Assembly (NCBI GenBank): GCA_050298595.1
Contig: JBNKUM010000068.1
Location: forward strand, 1-49,638
Direction: 5' to 3'
DNA: 49,638 nt
Source: Gammaproteobacteria bacterium
Lineage (GTDB): Bacteria > Pseudomonadota > Gammaproteobacteria > GCA-001735895
Of the stretch, positions 40,306 through 49,340 are shown piece after piece (positions within the stretch are counted from its first letter, which is position 1; every line of letters begins with the position of its first letter). The notes under the pieces are model-generated. The model did no database searches. It was not told the origin of the DNA and saw only the letters and a program-made list of their open reading frames with translations. A program made the position numbers and the translations under genes.

Positions 40306-41451
40306 ATGAAAATCATAGCTGACGAAAACATTCCTTTTGCCACAGAAGCCTTTCAGCAACTCGGAAGCATAACCACCCTGCCCGGCAGAGAAATGCGTCA
40401 ACAGGATTTAATCGACTGCGAATGCCTGCTGGTCAGATCCGTCACTCGCGTGGATCAACAGTTACTGGAGAATACAGCAGTTAAATTTGTGGCTTCTGCC
40501 ACAATCGGCACCGACCATATTGATCTCGATTATCTGCAACAACAGGGAATCGGTTTTGCCAATGCCCCCGGCTGCAATGCCGAATCTGCCTCTGAATACG
40601 TCATCAATGTTTTATTCTACCTGGCACAACAAAAAAGCTTTGACCCGTTTGAACTAACCGCAGGCATTATCGGTTGTGGCAATGTAGGATCAAGAGTAAA
40701 ACAGAAACTGGATGCTCTGGGCATCCACTGCCTGATCAATGATCCACCCAAACAGGATGCCGGTGATGACAGAGAAAACTATGTCTCCCTGCAAACCATC
40801 CTGCATGAATGTGACTTCATCACACTGCATGTACCCTTAACCAACACAGGCGAATATGCAACCAGACATTTACTGGACCAGCAGCAACTGGACGAATTAA
40901 TGCCCGGATGTATTTTATTTAATGCCGCACGCGGACCAGTGATTAACAATCAGGCCCTGTCAGAATTACTGCAGCGCAGAAAAGATCTGACCGTCTTTCT
41001 GGATACCTGGGAAGGCGAACCATCGATAGATTTAAAACTACTATCCCAGGTCGACTTCGGCAGCCCGCATATTGCAGGATACAGTTACGAAGGCAAACTA
41101 CGCGGCACACAAATGATTCTGGATGCAAGCTGTGATTATTTTGGCGAGGAAGCTGAGTGGAAAATGCTGGAACATCTACCTGAAAAGCAAGTCATTCAAC
41201 TGCTTGATCAGGGTGATGCGGTTGATTTGCTGGAGTCACTATTTCAGCAGCACTACCCGGTACAACAGGATTATCAAAACCTGTTATCGATTAACGCTCT
41301 TGATAGTACTCAGCAGGCCAGGGCTTTTGATTTGTTAAGAAAAAATTACCCACTGCGTTACGAGTATAGGCAATACCTGATAAATGGGATATCTATGAAA
41401 AAAAAAACAGCCTCTCTAATAGAGAGGCTGCAGTTTAACATTAATAGATAA
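40306..41451 (+). CDS. pdxB: 4-phosphoerythronate dehydrogenase
   Basis: MKIIADENIP, LVRSVTRV, NAPGCNA, PHIAGYS.EGKLRGT, FDLLRKNYP. Confidence 0.97.
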   Translation: MKIIADENIPFATEAFQQLGSITTLPGREMRQQDLIDCECLLVRSVTRVDQQLLENTAVKFVASATIGTDHIDLDYLQQQGIGFANAPGCNAESASEYVINVLFYLAQQKSFDPFELTAGIIGCGNVGSRVKQKLDALGIHCLINDPPKQDAGDDRENYVSLQTILHECDFITLHVPLTNTGEYATRHLLDQQQLDELMPGCILFNAARGPVINNQALSELLQRRKDLTVFLDTWEGEPSIDLKLLSQVDFGSPHIAGYSYEGKLRGTQMILDASCDYFGEEAEWKMLEHLPEKQVIQLLDQGDAVDLLESLFQQHYPVQQDYQNLLSINALDSTQQARAFDLLRKNYPLRYEYRQYLINGISMKKKTASLIERLQFNINR

Positions 41452-41460
41452 TTATAAAAC

Positions 41461-43680
41461 TCACGGAGCTGGTGCTTTTAACAAATTCCCGGCTTCAGTT
41501 TCATTTATATTTAAATAAACTCCGTCCGATGCAAGAAATGTTGCTGTAATGGATTGTATCTCCGTAGTCACCTTCAGGTTAGTTTCGGCACTATTGACTT
41601 CATCAGCAGCAGGGCTTAACAACGATCTATGATTACCAACTACAAATTTGACACTGTGTTTCAGATTTGTAGTGCCGGGGCCCTGATCAGTATTTACAGG
41701 TGTACTTATGCCCAACAGGGCCAGCAGTGGCTCAGTACCTGAAAGTGGGGATGGAACAGTGTTACCACTATCATTGCCATCTGGAACAGTATTCGGCACT
41801 ACCAGATCAGATGGTGAAGAACTACCTCCAACGATTTCGAAGAATAGGATACCTTCATTTTTATCCAGTAGCTTTGAAGTAAAATTCACCGGATCAGCTG
41901 TATCCACTACGGTTTGGGCCGCACCAACAAAAGACTCATAATCAGCTGTTCCCTTATTCACTCCATTAGCGCCTAAGCCAGCAACTATCGCAGGAGAAAA
42001 TGTAGCCGAGCCATCCAGAATTTTGGGCACACCACCCCCACCAAAAACGAAAGCAGTATCTCTAACGCCAGGCTCTAAAGCAGCAAAGGTGGTACCTATA
42101 ATTGCACCCAAAGAGTGACCCAAAAAGTAAATCTTTGAGGTATCAAATGTCGCAGCCCCAGCTGCCATGTTTTCAAGAGACCTGGTCAAAGCGAATAGAT
42201 CAGAGACACTCTGACGCATGTTATCTCGCATATTTAATAAGTTAACCAGGTTTATATAATGTTTACCAGAGGGGTCGGTAACACCATCTGCTCCAGGAGC
42301 ACCAGTAGTATTATTCACCAAATCAAGGTCAAATGTACGTTCAAAATCAGTTTTAAAAGCTTCTGTACCATTAGTCTCATTACCTGTTAATCCATGTAAA
42401 GGCAAATCGATTGCAACCACAGCCATACCTGCTTGCGCCATTGCATCGGCTACGGCCAGCATGGTCGTACGATTAGTAGTGATGCCATGCTGATAGATAA
42501 CTACTGGGTACTGACCTGTCCCAGCAGTTCCATCACCATTTTTAGGGATAGATACCATCAACGGAATGGTTTGAGTAGAAGTCGGAACCGCATCTGGGCT
42601 TAATGGAGTAATATCCGCACCATCTGTGCTCTTCCATACTGAACCTAATATAGATGAGTCAGAAGTACTAGTTGCTGCAGTCAGATAATATGGGACATTA
42701 ACAGTACCTACATAGATATCAGCAGCAGAATAGGGCGAATCTGCCCCACTATCAGCCAACAGCGATGTTGGAACATCCCCTCCACTGATATCAGCTTGTT
42801 CTTTGGTTAAAATAGCCCCAATGGATTGCGTAGTAAAACTCCAACTCAAAATAATATCGCTGGTTGATATAGTTGCATCGGCAGTCGCAACGGTTGAATT
42901 ACTGGTATAGATAATCTGGCGCAGTCCTTCTAGCGAAGCTAACGTGGCATTGAATTCTGTCGCATTGTCAATGTCTTTAAGTTTAGTGATTAACGCTCCC
43001 GGAATCTTGCAGTTGCTGGAATCCGCGGCAATAGGGAAACTACAATCCAGTGGACTACTCAGGCTCTTGAACAGACGATAGGTTACTGAAGGGCTAAATG
43101 CTTTTCCATCCGATGTTTTCAGGTCATCGGTAATCACCACCATGTAAGAGCTTGAAGGAGCAAGTGGTTTCAGCGGGACGATAGTCAGGGTCGAGTTTGA
43201 AGTATCTAATGACGAAAGTGTTGCAACGTAATCAACACCAAAAGTCAGCGGTTCGCTTACAGCAACAACAGGCCCAGCTATAGGTTGAGTTTGCGATGAA
43301 TAGAGTGTAGCCTCATACAGTTTCACCGAGCTGCCACTGATACTACTTACATCAATCGCAGTACTGAAAGTTGTAGTCATTGGGGCAACGGTAGAAAAAC
43401 CATCCAACGCATTCATCGCTACCTTTGGATCAGAAAAATCAGTCGCATCCGCGACAGGAATATTCAAGGTTAAATCAGTTGTACCAGCAAATAACAAATT
43501 ATTTGGAAGAGGAAGCACTTCATTGGAAGGATCAAATTTAGCGTAAGGAGCCGTTACTACTTCAGCAGGAGTTACATCAACAATAGAATCCTCAAGATTC
43601 GTCGTCGCATCACTTCCACATCCTGAAATTACCAGTGCGGCTACTACAGCCATTAACAATTTAATATTATTCATTATCAT
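41461..43680 (-). CDS. Pla-1/cef (VolA-like) extracellular lipase lipoprotein
   Basis: Lipobox ISGC, LDGFST, IYQHGIT, AIDLPLHG, RDNMRQS..DL, GHSLG nucleophile; start may be 43674. Confidence 0.88.
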   Translation of the reverse strand: MIMNNIKLLMAVVAALVISGCGSDATTNLEDSIVDVTPAEVVTAPYAKFDPSNEVLPLPNNLLFAGTTDLTLNIPVADATDFSDPKVAMNALDGFSTVAPMTTTFSTAIDVSSISGSSVKLYEATLYSSQTQPIAGPVVAVSEPLTFGVDYVATLSSLDTSNSTLTIVPLKPLAPSSSYMVVITDDLKTSDGKAFSPSVTYRLFKSLSSPLDCSFPIAADSSNCKIPGALITKLKDIDNATEFNATLASLEGLRQIIYTSNSTVATADATISTSDIILSWSFTTQSIGAILTKEQADISGGDVPTSLLADSGADSPYSAADIYVGTVNVPYYLTAATSTSDSSILGSVWKSTDGADITPLSPDAVPTSTQTIPLMVSIPKNGDGTAGTGQYPVVIYQHGITTNRTTMLAVADAMAQAGMAVVAIDLPLHGLTGNETNGTEAFKTDFERTFDLDLVNNTTGAPGADGVTDPSGKHYINLVNLLNMRDNMRQSVSDLFALTRSLENMAAGAATFDTSKIYFLGHSLGAIIGTTFAALEPGVRDTAFVFGGGGVPKILDGSATFSPAIVAGLGANGVNKGTADYESFVGAAQTVVDTADPVNFTSKLLDKNEGILFFEIVGGSSSPSDLVVPNTVPDGNDSGNTVPSPLSGTEPLLALLGISTPVNTDQGPGTTNLKHSVKFVVGNHRSLLSPAADEVNSAETNLKVTTEIQSITATFLASDGVYLNINETEAGNLLKAPAP

Positions 43681-43686
43681 CTCCTC

Positions 43687-45069
43687 CTAGTACTGCCAGT
43701 TCAGCTGAACACTGAAAATATCGATTGACGCTGTGTACTCGCCATTTAAATTAGCCCTAAGTGTAGGAACACGCTCACTTTCAAATTCATTATTAATGGG
43801 CGCATCATCCACAAATAAATGTGAGTATCCGATATCGACACTCATATCCGTATCAAGCTGTTTACTTACACCTAAAGACAACCAGGTTCTATCACTGCCT
43901 GGGAGTCTGGCAGTCCTTCTCTCCTTATTGGGGGTTGGAGTTTCATCATAAGCAACACCGACTCGATAGATGGTTTCATCGTTATATTGGTAGTCAATAC
44001 CAAAGGAATAACGCATCGTATCATTCCAGTCCTCGGTAGTTACCGTATCAGGCTGACTGGGGTTATCGTATTTAACTCTCAACTCTTGAAAAGAACTCCA
44101 ACCAGTCCAGGTGACATCAGTCAGATAAGTGATTTTGCCGCTTTCAAGTGCATAGCTCAAAGATAAACTGGCGGGCATGGTGACTGAAGCCTTCAGACCT
44201 GTATCCAGAAACAGGTTACTCGCATACACAAAAGTACCCGCAGCAGGTACTTTAAAATCAGCTGAACCGGTAACATCAATATCCACCTCAGATCGATAAG
44301 CAACACCGATCGTGCTTTCTTCGGTTGGTTTATAGGTTAGTCCGAAGTTATAGCCAAGATTGATATCATCGTAGTTATCACCTTCCAGAAGAGCCATACC
44401 ATCTGCCTGTTGCGGTAAAGTACCCGTGTCTATACAATAATCAACACCAAAAGAAGCCACACAAATCGCTCCAAAGTCAATTGCACTGGTCAATTTTACA
44501 GTTCCCAGCATCACATCAACGCCAGCACCAATAGAAAGCTGATCATCGACCTTGTAGGCATAACTCGGGTTGATATTGATAATTTTCAGATCAGATAATA
44601 CGCCGTGATAGCGACCTACCCAGTCATCGTTATATTCTGTTGCCAGACCGAATGGTGAGTTGATTCCTACACCGAACTTACTCGATTCATCAAGAGTCTT
44701 CACCCAATAAAGATTAGGCACAAATGCTGGAGAGCCTCCATCGTCCTCTTCACCGTTTAAACTGGCAAATGGAGTCCCTCCAAATAATGAAGAGGCAGTT
44801 GACCCGTCATTGTGAAAATCAGATTTGGGTGATATAAAATGTGCTGCGATAGTCAGTTGATCGCCATCGATCTGTGTCATACCAGCAGGATTAAAAAATA
44901 TGGTTGAAGCATCGGGTGTATGGGCTGCAGCCCCGGCATAGGCATTACCCTGGCCACGGGCATTGGTTTCAATAAGTGCAAAACCAGATGCAGATGCAAG
45001 CGTGGGGAAAAGTGTAGCAGTTAGCAGTGACGACACAATAGTTCGTCTTAAGTTCGGGTGAATTGTCAT
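43687..45069 (-). CDS. fadL: Long-chain fatty-acid outer-membrane transporter (FadL/OmpP1)
   Basis: SGFALIE..GNAYAG..DASTIFFNPAGM, NINPSYAY, PGSDRTWLSLG, terminal aromatic; ATG 45069 after GGAGAGGA. Confidence 0.93.
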   Translation of the reverse strand: MTIHPNLRRTIVSSLLTATLFPTLASASGFALIETNARGQGNAYAGAAAHTPDASTIFFNPAGMTQIDGDQLTIAAHFISPKSDFHNDGSTASSLFGGTPFASLNGEEDDGGSPAFVPNLYWVKTLDESSKFGVGINSPFGLATEYNDDWVGRYHGVLSDLKIININPSYAYKVDDQLSIGAGVDVMLGTVKLTSAIDFGAICVASFGVDYCIDTGTLPQQADGMALLEGDNYDDINLGYNFGLTYKPTEESTIGVAYRSEVDIDVTGSADFKVPAAGTFVYASNLFLDTGLKASVTMPASLSLSYALESGKITYLTDVTWTGWSSFQELRVKYDNPSQPDTVTTEDWNDTMRYSFGIDYQYNDETIYRVGVAYDETPTPNKERRTARLPGSDRTWLSLGVSKQLDTDMSVDIGYSHLFVDDAPINNEFESERVPTLRANLNGEYTASIDIFSVQLNWQY

Positions 45070-45191
45070 ATCCTCTCCAGGTTTTATTAATACAAGTTTT
45101 ATGCATATTATTTTTATTAGTTTCAAAATGATACTATACAAAGTTTTTAATACACAACATTTTCGCAAGGTAATTTACATCAACTTTCTCT

Positions 45192-45500
45192 ATGTCCAAT
45201 AAACCCACCACCTATGTAGCCGAAAGCGGCATCCACGGTAAAGGCCTGTTTGCTGCAGAAAGCATCAAAAAAGACACAATTATCGGCTATCTTGATGGCA
45301 AACCTACCCAGGAAGATGGCATGTATGTACTCTGGTTAAATGGCGAAACCGGTTTTGAAGTGAGCGGTAAGCTTAAATATATCAACCACTCAGACGATCC
45401 AAATGCCTGTTATTACGATGATAAATCAGTGGTGGCTTTGTGTGATATCCTGCCAGATGAAGAAATCACGCACAATTATGAAGCCGACGTTGACTGGTAG
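45192..45500 (+). CDS. Stand-alone minimal SET-domain protein
   Basis: SGIHGKGLFA (motif I), YINHSDDPN, EEITHNY. Confidence 0.88.
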   Translation: MSNKPTTYVAESGIHGKGLFAAESIKKDTIIGYLDGKPTQEDGMYVLWLNGETGFEVSGKLKYINHSDDPNACYYDDKSVVALCDILPDEEITHNYEADVDW

Positions 45501-45501
45501 C

Positions 45502-45846
45502 TTAACCCGGAGGCCAGGTCATAGATCTCCCCCCCAATACATGCATGTGAATATGGGCAACCGTTTGTCCAGCATCTTCATTACAGTTCATCACCAGACG
45601 ATAACCTTTTTCTGAAACCCCCTTCTCTTTTGCCAGCTTTTGTGCGGTTAACACCATTTTCCCTATCAGATGTGCCTGCTCCGGCTGGATATCATTAATC
45701 GTAGCAATCGCTTGTTTAGGGATCACCAGAAAGTGCACTGGGGCCTGCGGGTTAACATCACTAAAGGCTAGAACTTCATCGTCTTCGAATAGTATATCGG
45801 CGGGAATCTCTCGATTTATGATCTTGCTAAAAATAGTTTCAGACAT
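45502..45846 (-). CDS. hinT: HIT-family purine nucleoside phosphoramidase
   Basis: TIFSKII, PQAPVH, GQTVAHIHMHVLGGR..WPPG. Confidence 0.95.
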   Translation of the reverse strand: MSETIFSKIINREIPADILFEDDEVLAFSDVNPQAPVHFLVIPKQAIATINDIQPEQAHLIGKMVLTAQKLAKEKGVSEKGYRLVMNCNEDAGQTVAHIHMHVLGGRSMTWPPG

Positions 45847-45862
45847 TTTATGCTCCTGCTTA

Positions 45863-46459
45863 TTAATAGTTCTGCCGACCGCTAAACGCTTTGCTTAAAG
45901 TACCGCTATCGACATATTCAAGCTCACCACCTACTGGCACACCATGAGCTATACGACTCACCTTGATATCATATTGATGCGCGATGTCGGCGACATATTG
46001 CGCAGTAATCTCACCCTCAACGGTTGGATTGGTGGCAAGAATAACCTCGCTTATAGTTTCACTACTCAGGCGACTTTCTAACAAATCCAGTCCCAGTTGC
46101 TGCGGGCCTATACCATCGATAGGAGACAGGTGGCCGAGCAAAACAAAGTATCTACCATTAAAACTCCCTGATGCATCTATCGCAAGCACATCTGCCGGGG
46201 TTTCAACAACACATAGCACACCGTTTTCGCGCTTATGATCTTTACATATAGTACAGCGAGGTTGATCTGAATAATTTCGGCACAGCTCGCACTGCTTAAC
46301 CGTTTCCAGTGCATTAGTTAATGTTCGGGCAATTGCCTCAGCACCATCGCGATTACGATCAATCAAATACAATGCCATGCGTTGAGCAGATTTACGCCCT
46401 ACCCCTGGCAAACAGCTTAGGGCCTCGACCAGTGCATCTAGAGACGGTGAGGAAGACAT
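45863..46459 (-). CDS. recR: Recombination mediator RecR
   Basis: [12 protein letters not shown]4 zinc finger, Toprim [19 protein letters not shown]. Confidence 0.98.
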   Translation of the reverse strand: MSSSPSLDALVEALSCLPGVGRKSAQRMALYLIDRNRDGAEAIARTLTNALETVKQCELCRNYSDQPRCTICKDHKRENGVLCVVETPADVLAIDASGSFNGRYFVLLGHLSPIDGIGPQQLGLDLLESRLSSETISEVILATNPTVEGEITAQYVADIAHQYDIKVSRIAHGVPVGGELEYVDSGTLSKAFSGRQNY

Positions 46460-46468
46460 TAATATATT

Positions 46469-46792
46469 TTAAAAAGGCAGTTTAAAGCCTGGGGGTAGAT
46501 TAAGGCCGGCAGTCATTCCCGCCATAGCATCTTTGTTGGTTTTGGCAATCTTATGCACCGCATCGTTGATCGCAGCAGCGATCAGGTCTTCCAGCATTTC
46601 TTTATCATCTTCCATTAATGCGGCATCAATATTGACCCGAGTAACTTCATGGGTGCCACGCATAACCACTTTACACATACCACCGCCAGATTCACCGGTT
46701 ACCTCAGTATTTGCCAGATCAGCCTGCGCTTTTTGCATTTCTTCCTGCATCTTTTGCGCCTGCTTCATGATATTACCCAAACCGCCTTTCAT
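46469..46792 (-). CDS. ybaB: YbaB/EbfC nucleoid-associated protein
   Basis: [37 protein letters not shown]. Confidence 0.97.
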   Translation of the reverse strand: MKGGLGNIMKQAQKMQEEMQKAQADLANTEVTGESGGGMCKVVMRGTHEVTRVNIDAALMEDDKEMLEDLIAAAINDAVHKIAKTNKDAMAGMTAGLNLPPGFKLPF

Positions 46793-46804
46793 AGATATAC
46801 CTCG

Positions 46805-48594
46805 TTACTCTTTGACTTTTTTAACACTGTTTTCAATTAATCTCGCTCCGAAGAGCGAATTTAGTTTTAGTACCACAGGATCTTGTTTAATCGCTGCGAT
46901 AGCGGACTGATGCTCCTCCTGTTGAAGACGTATACGCGCCTGTTGAGGGGTTTCTGCATCCAGCCTGGGTACACTGATAAAATCGAGTTTTAATTCTAAC
47001 CCAAGTTTGCTTTCTATCGCTTGCTTAATTTGATCTTTAATTCCGGGCTTAATCATTAACTCAAGCTCGGGCAGGTATGCCAGTTGTAAATGATTGTCCT
47101 GCCATGACTGGACGATACAGTTGATCACGACCTGTCCGGCTAGCGCATCCAGATCTAGTTCATGCGCAGTTTTTGACCAGTTAAGTTCATCTTGTGCCTG
47201 TTGTGGCTGGTCTTTTTTGACATCCATTTTATTAGCCACAGGCTCGGGTTTTTTGACCAGTGACAACTCTGCCCGCGCGCTCTCAGGCTCAGGGCGAGGA
47301 GGTTCTTCTGCGCGATTAACACTTTCTACCACCGCTTGTACTGGAGCAACAGTCTGATGGTTAACTGGCGGAGCTTGAATTGCCGGAGATAGAATCGGTG
47401 GTGGTTTTTTTACTTCAGTGACTGAAGAAGAATGGAGTGAGCCTGTCTGTTGCTCGGTTTTAGCCTGAACTACAGGCTTTTTTTTTCCGCCGCAGGTGAA
47501 TCAGTATCCAGAGCTGGGGAAAACGCCAGCATGCGTAGCATCAACATTTCAAACCCAATGGACTGATCAGGACTTAATTCCAGATCCTGCCTGCCCTGTA
47601 AAACGATCTGGTAATACAGCTGAACTTCTTCTGCAGATAACTGATCGGCACATTGCATAATTTCCTGCTGCATCAGACCATCCGCTGGTTGAATCTTTGC
47701 CTGGCTCAGATACAGGGCCATTTGATGGAAGATTTCTATAAAGTCGCTACACACGCGCTGATAATCTGGATTGCGTTCCAGCAAAGTGCGGGTTTCCTGC
47801 AGTAAAGCCGTTGCATCCTGAGCAATCAAAGCCTGGATAATACGAATCAGGTAATCACACGAAATCGCGCCCAGCATGGTTTCCACGGCTTCAGTCTTCA
47901 CAGCGCCGCCGCCAAAGGCTATCGCCTGATCCAGCAGGCTTAATGCATCACGCATACTGCCATCGGCAGCGTGGGCCAGTAGCATCAGCGCCTGATCTTC
48001 GGTTTCTACCTTTTCCTGCTGAAGCAAATCAGCCAGATGCTGCTGGATCTGACTCGGCATCATACGCTTTAGATTAAACTGCAAACAACGAGATAACACC
48101 GTTACGGGCAGCTTTTGTGGGTCGGTGGTCGCGAGCAGGAACTTGACGTGCTCGGGTGGTTCTTCCAGGGTTTTTAACAAAGCATTAAAACTATGCTTGG
48201 AGAGCATGTGTACTTCGTCGATCAGATAAACCTTGTATCGACTACGAGTCGGTGCGTATTGCACATTCTCCAGCAACTCGCGCATATCATCCACACCTGT
48301 ACGTGAAGCAGCATCGATTTCGATCAGGTCAACACTACGCCCTTCATCGATTTCCAGACAGGAACCGCAGGTACCACAGGGCATGGAGCTAATGCCGGTT
48401 TCACAATTGAGCGACTTGGAAAAGATTCGAGCTATGGTGGTTTTACCAACACCCCGGGTGCCGGTAAACAGATAGGCATGATGTAGCCGCTGAGCATCAA
48501 GAGCATTTATCAATGCCTGTAGCACATGCTGTTGCCCCACCATTTCGGTGTAATTTTTAGGGCGCCATTTTCGCGCAAGAACCTGATAGCTCAT
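46805..48594 (-). CDS. dnaX: DNA polymerase III tau subunit (about 596 aa; needs a -1 frame change at the A9 run 47478-47486)
   Basis: AAA+ part (SYQVLARKWRP, GTRGVGKT, DEVH, SRC) in frame 0; -1 frame open from the A run through a Pro-rich linker into the tau C-terminal region (ETP...DPVV...FGARLIENSV) ending TAA at 46805. Confidence 0.88.
47462..47487 (-). other. Putative recoding signal: A9 slippery run + hairpin with stop codon in loop
   Basis: Minus strand GAA AAA AAA AGC CTG TAG TTC AGG CT; AGCCTG/CAGGCT stem with TAGTT loop. Confidence 0.75.
47470..48594 (-). CDS. dnaX: DNA polymerase III gamma subunit (374 aa, product of standard decoding)
   Basis: Ends FEMLMLRMLAF...AAEKKSL-TAG, just after clamp-loader domain III. 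Confidence 0.85.
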   Translation of the reverse strand: MSYQVLARKWRPKNYTEMVGQQHVLQALINALDAQRLHHAYLFTGTRGVGKTTIARIFSKSLNCETGISSMPCGTCGSCLEIDEGRSVDLIEIDAASRTGVDDMRELLENVQYAPTRSRYKVYLIDEVHMLSKHSFNALLKTLEEPPEHVKFLLATTDPQKLPVTVLSRCLQFNLKRMMPSQIQQHLADLLQQEKVETEDQALMLLAHAADGSMRDALSLLDQAIAFGGGAVKTEAVETMLGAISCDYLIRIIQALIAQDATALLQETRTLLERNPDYQRVCSDFIEIFHQMALYLSQAKIQPADGLMQQEIMQCADQLSAEEVQLYYQIVLQGRQDLELSPDQSIGFEMLMLRMLAFSPALDTDSPAAEKKSL

Positions 48595-48643
48595 GGTTGG
48601 ATAAGTATTTTAATGACCGGCAGCTTTGATAAGGCAGTAAATG

Positions 48644-48757
48644 GGTGGCAACCGACACCAGCGCACCCCGGCGCCCAACGTCCCTGCTACCGTTGCTCCC
48701 TTCCGGGCCTGGCGGAGTTTACAGTTGGTTGTCGCGGGGGAACCGATGCCGGTCACC
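48644..48757 (-). ncRNA. ffs: Signal recognition particle 4.5S RNA
   Basis: Minus strand CCGCCAGGCCCGGAAGGGAGCAACGG (domain IV, GGAA tetraloop) inside a long hairpin closed by GGUGACCGGCAUCGGU/GCUGGUGUCGGUUGCC; directly upstream of dnaX. Confidence 0.95.
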
Positions 48758-48848
48758 ATAAACCTGTTTCAGTTATTAATGCCTGAAAAATTCAGGCGGT
48801 ATAGTACTTGTTGAGTGATTAAATGAAAAGGGCAAATCCCAGACTTAT

Positions 48849-49340
48849 TTAATCCTTGTTAAAAAGATTGCGTAATAGCTTATCGGGTATAGCGCTGGAG
48901 TGTTTAACCTGTTTGGTCACAATATAGCTGAAATAACGTTTCAGCCCCAGTTGGGCATTCAGTAAATCATCAACAAAGCATTGATAATCGTTCACCGACG
49001 CCGTTACGATTTTTAGAAAGTAATCGATGCCCCCACCCACAGCCCAGCATTCCAGCACCTCTGTACGTGCCTGCACAGCCTGTTCAAAGCGATCGAAGTC
49101 CTGTTGTTTGTGACTCTCTAACTCTACTTCCATGATAATAAAGGTAAGATCTCTGACCAGCTCTTCAGACAGACTTGCACAATAGCCTTCAATAAGACCC
49201 GCCTTATCCAGGCGTTGTAATCGCTCCCAACAGGGTGTGGGCGACAGGTTCACACGTCGAGCCAGTTCCGTTTTGGTAATCCGGCCTTCACGTTGAAGAA
49301 TGGATAAGATCTGAATATCACGCTCATCTAATTTAATCAT
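48849..49340 (-). CDS. Lrp/AsnC regulator (ectoine-catabolism AsnC/DoeX-like)
   Basis: LDERDIQIL..LQREGRIT..LARRVNLSPTPCWERL HTH, CWAVGGGIDY; overlaps eutB end. Confidence 0.88.
   Translation of the reverse strand: MIKLDERDIQILSILQREGRITKTELARRVNLSPTPCWERLQRLDKAGLIEGYCASLSEELVRDLTFIIMEVELESHKQQDFDRFEQAVQARTEVLECWAVGGGIDYFLKIVTASVNDYQCFVDDLLNAQLGLKRYFSYIVTKQVKHSSAIPDKLLRNLFNKD

Noticed and set aside
41398-41407. A10 run near the end of pdxB as a second recoding site
   Set aside because: Frame 0 continues to a normal PdxB-like C-terminus (LIERLQF); no downstream ORF needs a shift
46805-47332. 175-aa ORF as an independent gene, or dnaX as a pseudogene
   Set aside because: It is the tau C-terminal region, its frame is open back to the A9 run, no clear RBS precedes the GTG, and dnaX is essential with both halves intact
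48526-48786. 86-aa plus-strand ORF
   Set aside because: Antisense to the SRP RNA and dnaX start
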